A stretch of DNA of 62,498 nucleotides, filler included. It is 12 parts of 12 records of this genome, joined end to end, with 100 filler letters (N's around TTAATTAATTAA, not from the genome) between each part and the next. Parts side by side here need not be neighbours in the genome. Positions count along the whole stretch, not along the records: positions 1 to 3,058 come from SRR20825010_4468; positions 3,159 to 7,183 come from SRR20825010_4478; positions 7,284 to 15,338 come from SRR20825010_4485; 9 more parts are not named here. One strand, given 5' to 3'. Every line of letters begins with the position of its first letter. Position 1 is the first letter of the stretch. Positions 1 through 10,300 of the stretch are shown in pieces. A model generated the notes under the pieces. That model was given only the letters and a program-made list of their open reading frames with translations, ran no database searches and was not told the DNA's origin. Both the position numbers and the translations under genes were made by a program.

Positions 1-1
1 C

Positions 2-292
2 CAGTCGGCGGGGCCGGTCGAGCCAGACACCAAGATTGTAGAATCGCCCCCGGCTCCACCGCTGACCACCGACCCCGACGATATCGCCCGTGAACTCGGT
101 CTGAGCCAGGCCATCGAGCCGAAACTCCTTGATCGGTTGCGGCGGGAATTCGCCTTTCGCAATCACCCCGACCGTGTGCCTGCTCATCTGCGGGCGAATG
201 CCATGATGCGCATGCAGGTGGCGAATATGCTGATTGATGAAGCCAAACGCGGAAAATTCAAGCCGCGCGGGGCTGGTGAAGCCAGGGCATGA
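2..292 (+). CDS. J-domain-like (HPD) protein, 5' partial
   Basis: Manual translation of frame 2 (not in ORF track): ...DIARELGL...LDRLRREFAFRNHPDRVPAHLRANAMMRMQVANMLIDEA...*, J-domain helix-HPD-helix pattern. Confidence 0.6.
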   Translation, partial: QSAGPVEPDTKIVESPPAPPLTTDPDDIARELGLSQAIEPKLLDRLRREFAFRNHPDRVPAHLRANAMMRMQVANMLIDEAKRGKFKPRGAGEARA

Positions 293-1667
293 GGCGCTCG
301 CGCCTCAGCCAGCGCACATAAAGCAGCACCGAAACGATGGCGAGGCCGCTTACGAGGCCGATCCAGATGCCGGGCCCGTCCATGCCGAGGACAAAGGCGA
401 GGACCACACTCGACGTCATGCCAAGCCCCCAATAGCCGAACAGCGAATAGATCATCGGCACTTTTGTGTCGTGCAGCCCACGCAGCATGCCGGCAGCAAC
501 CGCCTGCGCCCCATCAAATATCTGGAACAGGCCGGCAAAAGCCAGGAAGGTGACGGCAAGGGCGATGACGTCGGCATTTTCGGCCAGGTCTAGATCGATG
601 AAAGCGCCGATCAATGGTCCTGGAAGCGTGACCATGATGACGGCCATCAGCGCCATGAACCCAACCCCCATGACGAAAGCGGTCCAGCCGGCGCGGGTTA
701 TCGCGTCCCGGTTCTGCGCGCCGAACGCACGACCAACGCGGACGGTTGCCGCCTGCGCAAGCCCCATGGGCACCATGAATGTGATGGAGGAAATCTGGAT
801 GGCAATGGCGTGGGCGGCCAATGCAGGCGCACTGATCAGCCCCATCAGAAGGGCCGCGGCATTGAAGATCGTGACCTCGAACGTCATCGCTCCGGCAATT
901 GGCAGACCGAGGCGGATCAGCTCGAAGAAGCGCGGCCAGTCGGAGCGCCAGAAGCGGCCAAAAAGCTGGTAGCGGCGGAACTGGCGTTCGATGGAAACGA
1001 CCAGTGCGAGACCGAGAAACATCAAAAGACTTGAAAGCGTGGTGGCGATGCCGGATCCGGGCACACCAAGTGCCGGAAAGCCGAGATTGCCGAACATCAG
1101 GCACCAGTTGGCCAGCACGTTGAAGGCCACCATGATGAACATGATGGTGAGCGCCCATCCCGGGCGTTCCAGCGCCGAAATGAACGAACGCAGGACGATA
1201 TAGCCGAAAAAGGGCAGAGCCGCCCATTGAAGCGCACGCACATAGCTGCCAGCCACGGCAGCGAGGTCTGGCTCCTGTCCCATCCACAGAAGGACCCGCT
1301 CGGACTGCCAGAGCAGGAGCCAGATCGGAATGGAGACGACGATGGCCAGCCAGAGCCCCTGCCGTACGGTGCGGCGCACGTCGCGCACCGCGTGAAGCTT
1401 GCGTCCGAGCGCGCTCGCCATCATGGGGGAGGTGGCAAGCAGCAGGCCGAGGCCGAAGATGAGCGGCGCAAAATAGAGATTATAACCGAGCGTCCCCGCT
1501 GCCAGGGCATCCGGTCCCAAACGCCCCATCATCATGACGTCGGTGGTTGTCATGGCGATCTGGGCCAGATTGGTGAGCACCATCGGCCATGAAAGCGCCA
1601 GCATCGCCCGCGCTTCGGCGGTCCACGGATTGGCCGGCGCGCGGACGCCGGGAGCGATGGCAGTCAT
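258..1667 (-). CDS. MATE family multidrug efflux transporter (NorM-like)
   Basis: 469 aa, about 12 hydrophobic segments, D..MMGRLG, RVGRAFG and LRGLHDT motifs. Confidence 0.92.
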   Translation of the reverse strand: MTAIAPGVRAPANPWTAEARAMLALSWPMVLTNLAQIAMTTTDVMMMGRLGPDALAAGTLGYNLYFAPLIFGLGLLLATSPMMASALGRKLHAVRDVRRTVRQGLWLAIVVSIPIWLLLWQSERVLLWMGQEPDLAAVAGSYVRALQWAALPFFGYIVLRSFISALERPGWALTIMFIMVAFNVLANWCLMFGNLGFPALGVPGSGIATTLSSLLMFLGLALVVSIERQFRRYQLFGRFWRSDWPRFFELIRLGLPIAGAMTFEVTIFNAAALLMGLISAPALAAHAIAIQISSITFMVPMGLAQAATVRVGRAFGAQNRDAITRAGWTAFVMGVGFMALMAVIMVTLPGPLIGAFIDLDLAENADVIALAVTFLAFAGLFQIFDGAQAVAAGMLRGLHDTKVPMIYSLFGYWGLGMTSSVVLAFVLGMDGPGIWIGLVSGLAIVSVLLYVRWLRRERLMPWLHQPRAA

Positions 1668-1804
1668 GTCGTTTACCCCTTATGGCGGGCGGAACATTCA
1701 ACGCCTGCCGGAATCATGCGCGGAAGGAGGATGCCTTCGGCGAAGAATTGCTTTTACCGCTACCAGCCAGACAGGCAAGCCGCTTTCGTTTGGTCCAGCG
1801 GCCC

Positions 1805-2833
1805 TTAACCGCGCCCGCGCCGGGATCTGCGCGTGCCGGTGCCTGCGCCGCTTTCGGATGCCGCCTTGTTGCGCAAGGGGCCGACGCGGGCAACGATCTC
1901 CTCGATGCCCGGACGGTTTGCGGGCTTCCTGTGTCCGTCCAGCGCAGTGCGCATGGCCGCCAGATGCTCGAAGGAGGTGCCGCAGCAGCCGCCAATGATC
2001 TTCGCGCCGCCATCGACGGCAAGCCGCACATATTCGCTCATCAATTCGGGCGTTCCGGAATAGTGAACCTCGGTGCCTCGGAATTCCGGAATTCCGCAAT
2101 TGCCCTTGACGACCACTGTGGCGTCCGGCCGCGCTTCCGTCATGTCCAGTAAAGACGCCAGAATGTCGGGCGCGCCGACGCCGCAATTGGCACCGACCGC
2201 GAGAGGCGCCCGGGGCAGGTCGTCGACAACGGTGTGAATGTCTTTTGGTGCAAGGCCCATCATGGTGCGGCCGGCTGTGTCGAAGGAGCCGGTATAGGTG
2301 TAGGGAAGGCCAACCCGGATCGCGGCTTCCGCCGCCGCGCGGATCTCGTCGGGCGCAGACATGGTTTCGATCCATGCCACTTCCGCGCCGCCTGCCTTGA
2401 GACCTTCCATCTGCTCGGTGAAAGCGTCCACCGCTTCCTCATAGGTGAGCGCGCCAAGCGGCACGAGAAGCTCGCCCGTGGGGCCGACGGAGCCCGCCAC
2501 GATGATGCGGCGTCCGGCCTTTTTGGCGATGCGGCAGGCGATCTCGGCTGCCTTGCGGTTCAATTCGTGGGCACGGTCCTGTGCGTTGTGCAGCTTGAGC
2601 CGGTGACGCGTGCCGCCAAAGGAATTGGTCAGGATGATGTCGGCGCCGGCATCGACAAAGCCCTGGTGCAGGGCTTCGATCTTCTCAGGCGCATGCTCGT
2701 TCCAGAGTTCCGGCGCTTCGCCCGATTCCAGGCCCATGGCGAAAAGGTTTGTGCCTGTCGCGCCATCGGCGAGGAGAACACCCCGTTCCGCAAGCAGCGC
2801 GTCGATGGGGTTCGCGAGGGGCTGGGACTGCAT
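1805..2833 (-). CDS. bmt: Betaine/homocysteine S-methyltransferase
   Basis: LADGATGT, ILTNSFG, GSVGPTG, and Zn-ligand motifs GANCG and GGCCG; start 2833 or 2848. Confidence 0.85.
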   Translation of the reverse strand: MQSQPLANPIDALLAERGVLLADGATGTNLFAMGLESGEAPELWNEHAPEKIEALHQGFVDAGADIILTNSFGGTRHRLKLHNAQDRAHELNRKAAEIACRIAKKAGRRIIVAGSVGPTGELLVPLGALTYEEAVDAFTEQMEGLKAGGAEVAWIETMSAPDEIRAAAEAAIRVGLPYTYTGSFDTAGRTMMGLAPKDIHTVVDDLPRAPLAVGANCGVGAPDILASLLDMTEARPDATVVVKGNCGIPEFRGTEVHYSGTPELMSEYVRLAVDGGAKIIGGCCGTSFEHLAAMRTALDGHRKPANRPGIEEIVARVGPLRNKAASESGAGTGTRRSRRGRG

Positions 2834-2874
2834 GGGCGCGCCTTCCATTCGGGCGAGGCTTCGATATGGGGCAA

Positions 2875-2898
2875 GGATATAAAGAAATCTTTATATCC
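2875..2898. promoter_or_regulatory. SahR-type operator palindrome upstream of bmt
   Basis: Perfect 11-bp inverted repeat GGATATAAAGA-AA-TCTTTATATCC, resembling the ATAAAG-N4-CTTTAT SahR motif. Confidence 0.7.
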
Positions 2899-2913
2899 GT
2901 CAATCCGCGATTC

Positions 2914-3057
2914 TCATCCAAGCCGAAGGCTTTTGACAAAACCGGCCGCCTCATGGGCATTGATCTCGGCATCGCGGATCAGCCCGTCGAAATGCCGGGT
3001 AAGGCGCTGAAGGGAGCCAGTGGAGCTGATCACCAGATACATGCCACCCATATAAAG
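2914..3057 (-). CDS. C-terminal fragment of a probable XRE-type regulator
   Basis: Manual translation LYMGGMYLVISSTGSLQRLTRHFDGLIRDAEINAHEAAGFVKSLRLG*; truncated by contig end. Confidence 0.45.
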   Translation of the reverse strand, partial: LYMGGMYLVISSTGSLQRLTRHFDGLIRDAEINAHEAAGFVKSLRLG

Positions 3058-3058
3058 G

Positions 3059-3158
3059 NNNNNNNNNNNNNNNNNNNNNNNNNNNNNNNNNNNNNNNNNN
3101 NNTTAATTAATTAANNNNNNNNNNNNNNNNNNNNNNNNNNNNNNNNNNNNNNNNNNNN
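3059..3158. other. Artificial contig linker (first of 11)
   Basis: N-run + TTAATTAATTAA + N-run; recurs near 7230, 15385, 20630, 23815, 37620, 40745, 45025, 49620, 54310, 58875. Confidence 0.98.
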
Positions 3159-3867
3159 CCGGTCTTTGGCGCGCCTGGTCTAACAGCGACCAGAATTTTT
3201 GAACTTTGACATCTCCACCACGTTTCCAGGTGAGGAAGTGCCCGGGTTGTAATTTCCAACAGTTCTTAAATGCAGTACGATCTTCTGAAATGTAGGTGTT
3301 ATTAAAATAGTCCCACAACCCGACATCAGACATCTCCATTGTCCAAGCTGGATGAGAATAAAATGCCCTAGTTTCAGAAGCGAATAATATCTGATTATCA
3401 CGCCGAGCCCAATAAAGTGGCTTAATCCCCATTCTATCTCGGGCCAAGAAAAGAGCCTTTTCCTTCCGGTCCCACACGGCAAATGCATACATTCCATTCA
3501 AATTTCTCAGCGTCTTCTCAACGCCAAAATGTGAAATGTACTCCAACAGAACTTCTGTATCACTATTTGATAACAATTGAAGTCCATGTTCTGTGATCAG
3601 CTGTTTCCGAAGTTCCCGATAATTGTAGATTTCCCCGTTAAACACCAACACAAAACGCCCACTTCGACTCGACATCGGCTGTAAACCAGCCTCACTCGTG
3701 TCAAGTACTGACAGGCGGCGATGTGCTAATGCCACATCTTCTTCATGCCATTGTCCTGCCTGGTCAGGTCCTCGATGAGTAAGTGCCGACGCCATTTCTG
3801 GCAACTGGTGTACAGCATTTTTGTCCAACACGCCGCGTTGGTCGACGAATCCCACCAATCCACACAT
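3159..3867 (-). CDS. asnB: Asparagine synthase (glutamine-hydrolysing)-like amidotransferase, 3' partial
   Basis: N-terminal MCG, HRGPD, HRRLS, FNGEIYN, SDTEV, ARDRMGIKPL, FASE. Confidence 0.9.
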
Positions 3868-3890
3868 AAGTCTAAAGCCCTATTCATCGC

Positions 3891-4862
3891 TCAGCCTATA
3901 AATCGGCGTTTAACTCGTCCTGCAAAAGCCCGGGACATTGCGAGCACATCCTTTGCTAGAAGCGTAACATACGCAGAGGGCCCCTTTTCCAAAGCTGCCC
4001 TGCGTTCGTAAGACCTAATCGCCGCTATCCTAGCAAGCTTGAACTCTTCAACAGTTTTATGTGCAACATAACCAGCAGTCCGATCTATTTCTTCCAACAG
4101 GCAAATACGTTCATCATCACCATCGCGGGTAGGGCCTTCGGTAATCTCAACCATCAAAGATGGCCGGAAGTAACCAAGATCGATTTCCTTTTTAACTGCA
4201 TCGAGAGTCAGCACTCCCTCTTTCACCATCCGACGGACTTCATCAATCCAAATATGACCAAGAGGGTTCCGAGCTGATACCCATGGCTGCGTTGGCATTA
4301 ATGTGAAATGAAGCAAACCTGTGCTAGCAGGAAAGGTCTCTAACCTGTTCCAATCAGCGGGAATCGTTCGGGCTATTTCTGTTTCATCGAGGAAACAGAG
4401 ATCGCGCATCAAGCCATCGTAGGTATAATCCCTATCTAATCGCTCCACGAGACCTTCAAGAGCCCAAACGCATTTCTCACAATCAAGGACCATTACAGAA
4501 GATTCATTCTTACTGTAATGCACATTGTTTGCACTTTCCCGCTGAGGTTCAAGTACCGCAATCTTGGCGCCATTAAAGGGTACATTCCATAGGTCCGCAA
4601 TATCTCTAAAAACCTGCATGTCTGCATCGAGATAGATTGCCCGACCTTTGTATCCCGCAAGTTCTGGAATCGCCCAGCGCGCGAATGAAAAGCCAGTACG
4701 CTGCCCTTGGCGAAGGTCGTTCGGCTCAGGAATCTCTAAGTCCACCATTGAAATGACTTCAACAGGAGATTTCGTGTGCCGTTTGATCGAATATTCGAGC
4801 ACTTTGACTGCCAGTTCTTGCGAACGGTCCGCACCTACGTAAACCTTAATTGGCTCTTCCAT
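3891..4862 (-). CDS. Glycosyltransferase (GT-A fold, GT8-like)
   Basis: TGFSFARW, YLDADM (DxD), SSVMVLDC, WN..E, LLHFT..QPW. Confidence 0.75.
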   Translation of the reverse strand: MEEPIKVYVGADRSQELAVKVLEYSIKRHTKSPVEVISMVDLEIPEPNDLRQGQRTGFSFARWAIPELAGYKGRAIYLDADMQVFRDIADLWNVPFNGAKIAVLEPQRESANNVHYSKNESSVMVLDCEKCVWALEGLVERLDRDYTYDGLMRDLCFLDETEIARTIPADWNRLETFPASTGLLHFTLMPTQPWVSARNPLGHIWIDEVRRMVKEGVLTLDAVKKEIDLGYFRPSLMVEITEGPTRDGDDERICLLEEIDRTAGYVAHKTVEEFKLARIAAIRSYERRAALEKGPSAYVTLLAKDVLAMSRAFAGRVKRRFIG

Positions 4863-4933
4863 AAATCCCTCGTGTTTCAATAACCGGAGGTGGATTACCC
4901 CAAGTGACGTTCCGAAAGATAGCTTGTAAGTGG

Positions 4934-6235
4934 CTATTCTCCAAAATCCGAAACCACCTGTACAAGACCATGTTCTTCAAGCAATTTCAAAGCAGGCAGA
5001 ACTTCCCAAACCGGCCTATTTATACGCTCACTCAGAGCAATCAAATCTCGTTTGCCATCAGCGAATGCAAGGATGTCGCTAATTACCTTTAAGTTGTCTG
5101 CTAGGTTTATATGTGAAGTCGAATCTCGCAAGCCATACTTACCTAGATGTGGCTCGCAGTGGTGAACAGCTTCGTAAACGCGATTTTCCTCAACCGCCTC
5201 AATGCATCGCATTGCTACCTTAAATCCATTTTCCAAACCCTTGGCCGTAACGACAGTCAAATCGTCCAAAGAGGTGTGATACTCTGGATACATGCCGAAT
5301 TTTGTGCGCATAAGCGTTACAAGTGGAATCCCGACCTTCGGAGAGCAGAACTGTCTTTCGTCACTCCCACGCTGAAGAAAGTCATACTCCTTAAACTCAT
5401 TATCTGTGTGATAATAAACATGCCTGGCAGCACGGTCGGCTAATGTATCAGCGTTTGGCGAACTGACGAAAGAATAGGAACGATCATCACCAATACAGCT
5501 AAGTTGAAAACCAGCAACCACATTCTTTTTTAGAGCTTCAAGGTTTTGGCTAATATACGCGATAGCCCCGATCGTTTCGGGAAAAACTGCGATCCTGTAA
5601 GTGTAGTAGTTGTTCTTTTGACTTAGCCACTTAGCCAAAGCGAATGCGACAATTGGCCCAGAAAGCTCGTTATTTGCCATTGAAGGGTGGCAAATGTACG
5701 AGCTAATCAGAATCTCCTTGTCACTTTCTCCCGGAAGTAGAATCTCGCCGTAGGTTAAAGCCCCTGGCGCAAGAGCACTATCAATCACAGCGCGATAGTT
5801 TCCTTCAGGCAAACCCTTCCTGAGATTATGAGCAAGGCAAAAACCCCACGTCCGTTTATAGTAGCTAGTCACATATGGCACAGCATCTGGCTGGCTTTCG
5901 ATAGAGTGCAGATAGGGTTGAAGCTCATCCAGCGTCATTGTCTTGTCTATCGGGATTGAGTAACTCAGCACATGCAGATTACAGTTGGCAAAATCAACGA
6001 CCTTGTTGCCAGATGGTCCAATCAAGTAAGCGTCCCGAATTGTCCACTCTTCGGGAATAACCCAATCGAAACATTTGGTATCACTTGGAACCTCATAAAT
6101 TCTTGCGCCTATGAAATATTGACCAAGAATGGAAAGTGACTCTCTAACTCCGTTCCCCATTATGCTTCGACAAATTGGAAATAACTTTCTCAAGACGCTG
6201 TGTAAATACTGACCATCAACCAGGTTATCTTCCAT
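4934..6235 (-). CDS. DUF4910 / M28 aminopeptidase-like protein typical of polysaccharide loci
   Basis: LFPICRSI.GNGVR, YVTSYY, SYICHPSMANNELSGP, PETIG, GSDERQ, YPEYHTSLD, C-terminal winged HTH. Confidence 0.8.
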   Translation of the reverse strand: MEDNLVDGQYLHSVLRKLFPICRSIMGNGVRESLSILGQYFIGARIYEVPSDTKCFDWVIPEEWTIRDAYLIGPSGNKVVDFANCNLHVLSYSIPIDKTMTLDELQPYLHSIESQPDAVPYVTSYYKRTWGFCLAHNLRKGLPEGNYRAVIDSALAPGALTYGEILLPGESDKEILISSYICHPSMANNELSGPIVAFALAKWLSQKNNYYTYRIAVFPETIGAIAYISQNLEALKKNVVAGFQLSCIGDDRSYSFVSSPNADTLADRAARHVYYHTDNEFKEYDFLQRGSDERQFCSPKVGIPLVTLMRTKFGMYPEYHTSLDDLTVVTAKGLENGFKVAMRCIEAVEENRVYEAVHHCEPHLGKYGLRDSTSHINLADNLKVISDILAFADGKRDLIALSERINRPVWEVLPALKLLEEHGLVQVVSDFGE

Positions 6236-6239
6236 TGGG

Positions 6240-7182
6240 TCAAATATCTCTCTTAGAAATATCAGAAGACTTCATTCCAGATAATATTACACTTTCCATT
6301 TTCTCATCAGGAATCAAATTCCTTAAAGAATCTTGGAACGACAAAAAATCGCCTTCTCTAATGTTTCCATTTTCAAACCACAGTACCGAATCCGCAAACG
6401 GTGCCAGCTCAACCTTATGTGTTGACATTACAATAGTGTGACCTCGCCGCTTCATTTCGAGTAAATTATTGATAACTCTATGTTCTGTGTCACGATCTAA
6501 CGCACTTGTTGGCTCATCCAGCAGCATCACAGTAGGTTTCGCTGCAAATATACGCGCCAAAGCAACTCGCTGACGCTGCCCTCCTGATAGGTGAGCTCCA
6601 TCCAATCCTGTATGAGCCTCAACACCACCAGAAAGGTGACGCAAGAATTCGTTAGTTTCAGACAAATGCAACACATCAACTAACGCGTCGTCATCCTGCG
6701 AACCAATACCGTATTCAATGTTTTCGCGGATAGAACCTGAAAATACCAAACGATCTTGCTGCATCATTAAAATAGATTCAGCCATCTGGCGCTGGGACAA
6801 ATCGGCTAATGGAATTCCGCCAAAAGAAACTTCACCACTAATAGGCTCTTGCATTCTTTGAAGCAATCGAAGGAAGGTGGTTTTCCCCGTCCCGGTCGCA
6901 CCGAACAACATATAGAGCTTTCCAAAGTCAAGAGAGAGAGAGACATCCTTTAATATATGCCTTCTCTTACCTCCAGATTCATAGCTAAAGCTAACGTCTC
7001 TCAGCTCCACTCCCCGCGCCTTATCAAAAGAGTTGACAGCTCCTGACTGAGGCTCCGGCTTCCGACTAGGAAGGTTCACTATCTTCTTAATTTCGGAGTA
7101 CGCTGCCGACGATCGCGTTAACATCATTACACCTTGGCTAATCCGTTCAATTTGAGGGTTAATCATGCTCAACCCTCCGATG
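6240..7182 (-). CDS. ABC exporter, ATP-binding part, 5' partial
   Basis: Walker A GATGTGKT, signature LSGGQRQR, Walker B MLLDEPTSALD, H-loop STH. Confidence 0.88.
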
Positions 7183-7283
7183 ANNNNNNNNNNNNNNNNN
7201 NNNNNNNNNNNNNNNNNNNNNNNNNNNTTAATTAATTAANNNNNNNNNNNNNNNNNNNNNNNNNNNNNNNNNNNNNNNNNNNN

Positions 7284-8108
7284 CCAGCCATAGATCGACT
7301 GATCGTCATCGCCGACGCAGCAAATGTTCCGGCTTTTCTGCGCCAGCAGCCGGAGCCAGAGATATTGAGCGACGTTTGTGTCCTGATATTCGTCTACCAG
7401 GAGGTAGGTAAACTGATCGTGATATTTCGTGAGCACATCGGGATGGCTCTGAAACAGGTCCACGCACAACAGCAGCAGATCGCCGAAATCGACCGCGTTC
7501 AGGATCTTCAGGCGCTCCTGGTACTGCCGGTAAATCTCCACCAGCCGGCCACCGGCGGCATCGCCCGCTTCGTCGCGCCCGACCTTGTCCGGGGTCAGCG
7601 CGCGATCCTTCCAGCGCTGAATGACGCCCATCATGGCCCGTGCCGGCCACTTCTTGTCGTCGATATTCCCGGCCTGCAAAAGCTGCTTCAGCAGACGTTG
7701 CTGATCGTCCGAATCAAGGATGGTGAAATCCGACCGCAACCCCATAAGTTCCGCATGACGCCTCAGAATTTTGGCCCCAAGGGCATGGAAAGTGCCGAGC
7801 CAGACCTGCTCCGCCATCGGCCCGATCATGCCCCCGACACGCTCCCGCATTTCCCGCGCGGCCTTGTTCGTGAAGGTCACGGCGAGGACGTTCCAGGGCC
7901 GGGCGCGGCCGGTTGAAATCAGATGCGCGAGACGGGTCGTCAGCACCCGCGTCTTGCCGGTCCCGGCACCGGCGAGCACCAGCAAAGGCCCGTCCAGAGT
8001 CCGGACGGCCTGCGACTGCGCCTCGTTCAGGCCTTGCAGATACGGCGCGTCAGCATCGGATCCGGCGGGCGGCGTTTCGGGTTCACTCTCGAAAAACAGG
8101 TCAGACAT
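7284..8108 (-). CDS. uvrD: UvrD/PcrA DNA helicase, 3' partial
   Basis: LAGAGTGKT, VTFTNKAA, TFH, DEYQDTN, VGDDDQSIYGW. Confidence 0.95.
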
Positions 8109-8480
8109 ACGATGCGGCAGAAAATTTTTCGGTTACGATGGGGTCCATTGGCCTTTAACAAAATTTTAGTGAATCCGGATATATCTTAATCCCAACAGCC
8201 CGACGGGCCCCGAGATTTGCTTAAAGGACCTTGTGAAACGCGTTTCGATCCATTGTTTAAAGCGCCACTCGCGCTACCTCTACCACAATAGATCCTGACA
8301 CGCGTCATTGCTGATTACAGATCCGTTGTCGCGCCTTTCAAGAGCCGGTCCCAAATGGTCGCGATAAACGGTAGACGGGATGCCAATCCGATGCTTGTCC
8401 CCAACGAGCATATGGAGGCATCCCGTCGCCTTTTCAGCTCCATGCCCGGCCCGGCACGCCCAATCCGGCACAACGCACCA

Positions 8481-10295
8481 TCAGCCCAGATACCCGTTGC
8501 CCTTGGTTCGATCCCCGTGCTCCTCGTCGCGAATTTGCTCCAGAGCGCGATTATAGGTGCGCATCACATCCGCTTCGTCGAGCCACCCGATCAGGGTTTT
8601 CGCTTCCCGTCCCTTGACGACCGGAAGCACCCCGTCCGAGACCCCCGCAAAACTCTCCATCACCGTCCCCAACCGCTCTGAATCGAGCAGGCTTGGACGG
8701 GACGTATCCAGGAACGGCTTCAGGTCAAAATCCGATTCTTCCCCGTCATCCGCGGAGAATGCCGTCTGGCCAAGCCCCGCCAGTGTCAGACTGCCGAGAA
8801 GCCGCCCGTCACTGTTTGTCACGAAAACCACCCCGTTACCGGATTCAAGCAGCGCGGCGCGCACCTCGGCCAGCCCGGCATCGCGGGAGACCGTCGAAAC
8901 CTCTTCATGAATCAGGTTCGAAACGGTCAAGCCGCCCAATACCTCGACGTCATGACCGCCCCGGACCATAACGCCCCGGGCCTCGAGCTGCTTGTGGAAG
9001 AAGGATGGGCCGTTCAGCGTCCGGGTCAGCAGGGAGGCAATCACGACCGCCACCATCACGGCGATCGTCAGCCGGTAATCGCCGGTCAGCTCCACAATGA
9101 TCAGCATGGTGGAGATCGGCGCTCCGAGAACGGCTCCCGAGACCGCCCCCATGCCAACCAGCGTATAGGCGCCATGGCCGGAGGAAAGGTTCGGATAGGG
9201 AATGGAGGCCATGATACCGAAGGCACCGCCGACCATCGCGCCGATGAAGAGACTGGGGCTGAACATCCCGCCGCCGAAGCCAAAACCGAATGAGATGGCT
9301 GTCGCCAGCATCTTCAGCAGGGCAAGCAGGATCAGCGTGCCAAGCAGGTAATGCTCGTTCAGGGCGCTGTCCATCGCCTCATAGCCGACACCAAGCAGCT
9401 CCGGGTAGAAGATCGCGATGCCCCCCACCACAAGCCCGCCAATAGCCGGACGCAGCCAGTATGGCAGCCGTGTCCGGTCGACAAGGGATTGCATCAGCGT
9501 CATCAGCCGCATGAAGGCGATGGCGGCTCCCGCCGCCGTAATTCCGAGCAGGGCAAAAGCCCCGAATTCCAGGAAGGACGCGATTTCATGCGGCGGCATG
9601 GCAAAGGCCGGCACATCGCCGAAATAGACCCGCGCAACAATCGTTCCGGCGACGGACGCGATGACGATCGGCGCGAACGCGGTCAGCGCGTAATGGCCGA
9701 TGACGACTTCAAGCGCGAAGAAGACGCCCGCGACAGGCGCATTGAACGAAGCGGCCACCGCCGCCGCGACGCCGCATCCGAGCAAAGTACGGGACTGCGA
9801 GCGGGCCAGCCGGAAACGGCGCCCCATATAGCTGGCAATGGTCGCCCCGAGATGCACCGCCGGGCCTTCCCGGCCAACGGACGCCCCGGCGCCGATGGAT
9901 GCGGCACTGACCAGCGCTGCGCCTAACCCCGCCCGGCCCGACATCCGTCCCGCCCGCAGCGCATTGGCCTCAATCACGTCGGCGACGCCCTGGGGCCTGC
10001 GGCCCGGCATGAAGTAATGGATATAGAGGCCGATCAGCAGGCCGCCCAGGGCAGGCGCCAGCAACAGATGCCACCAGGTCAGACCGGCAACGCCGGACAC
10101 AACCCGCTCATGCCCGAATCCGTAGAACCCGGTCTGGATCAAACCGATCAGTTCCCGAAACATCACGGCCGCGAAAGCAGCAGCAGTGCCCACCGCCACC
10201 GCCAAAGCCGAAAGCAGCACCTGTTCGTTTCGAATTCCAGCGGCGGCATGCCCCCGTATTCCCCGCAATCCTGCGGACAGATAATCACGGACCAT
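8481..10295 (-). CDS. ClC chloride channel family protein with CBS pair
   Basis: GREGP, FNAPVAG, GGMFSPSL motifs; C-terminal CBS-like domains. Confidence 0.92.
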   Translation of the reverse strand: MVRDYLSAGLRGIRGHAAAGIRNEQVLLSALAVAVGTAAAFAAVMFRELIGLIQTGFYGFGHERVVSGVAGLTWWHLLLAPALGGLLIGLYIHYFMPGRRPQGVADVIEANALRAGRMSGRAGLGAALVSAASIGAGASVGREGPAVHLGATIASYMGRRFRLARSQSRTLLGCGVAAAVAASFNAPVAGVFFALEVVIGHYALTAFAPIVIASVAGTIVARVYFGDVPAFAMPPHEIASFLEFGAFALLGITAAGAAIAFMRLMTLMQSLVDRTRLPYWLRPAIGGLVVGGIAIFYPELLGVGYEAMDSALNEHYLLGTLILLALLKMLATAISFGFGFGGGMFSPSLFIGAMVGGAFGIMASIPYPNLSSGHGAYTLVGMGAVSGAVLGAPISTMLIIVELTGDYRLTIAVMVAVVIASLLTRTLNGPSFFHKQLEARGVMVRGGHDVEVLGGLTVSNLIHEEVSTVSRDAGLAEVRAALLESGNGVVFVTNSDGRLLGSLTLAGLGQTAFSADDGEESDFDLKPFLDTSRPSLLDSERLGTVMESFAGVSDGVLPVVKGREAKTLIGWLDEADVMRTYNRALEQIRDEEHGDRTKGNGYLG

Positions 10296-10300
10296 GCCGG

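Noticed and set aside
3159-3867. AsnB-like gene as a lasso peptide cyclase
   Set aside because: Intact N-terminal Cys glutaminase domain, glycosyltransferase neighbour, no precursor or B protein visible
8155-8169. TTAA-N7-TTAG as a CtrA box upstream of uvrD
   Set aside because: Mismatched site in AT-rich DNA; could be chance
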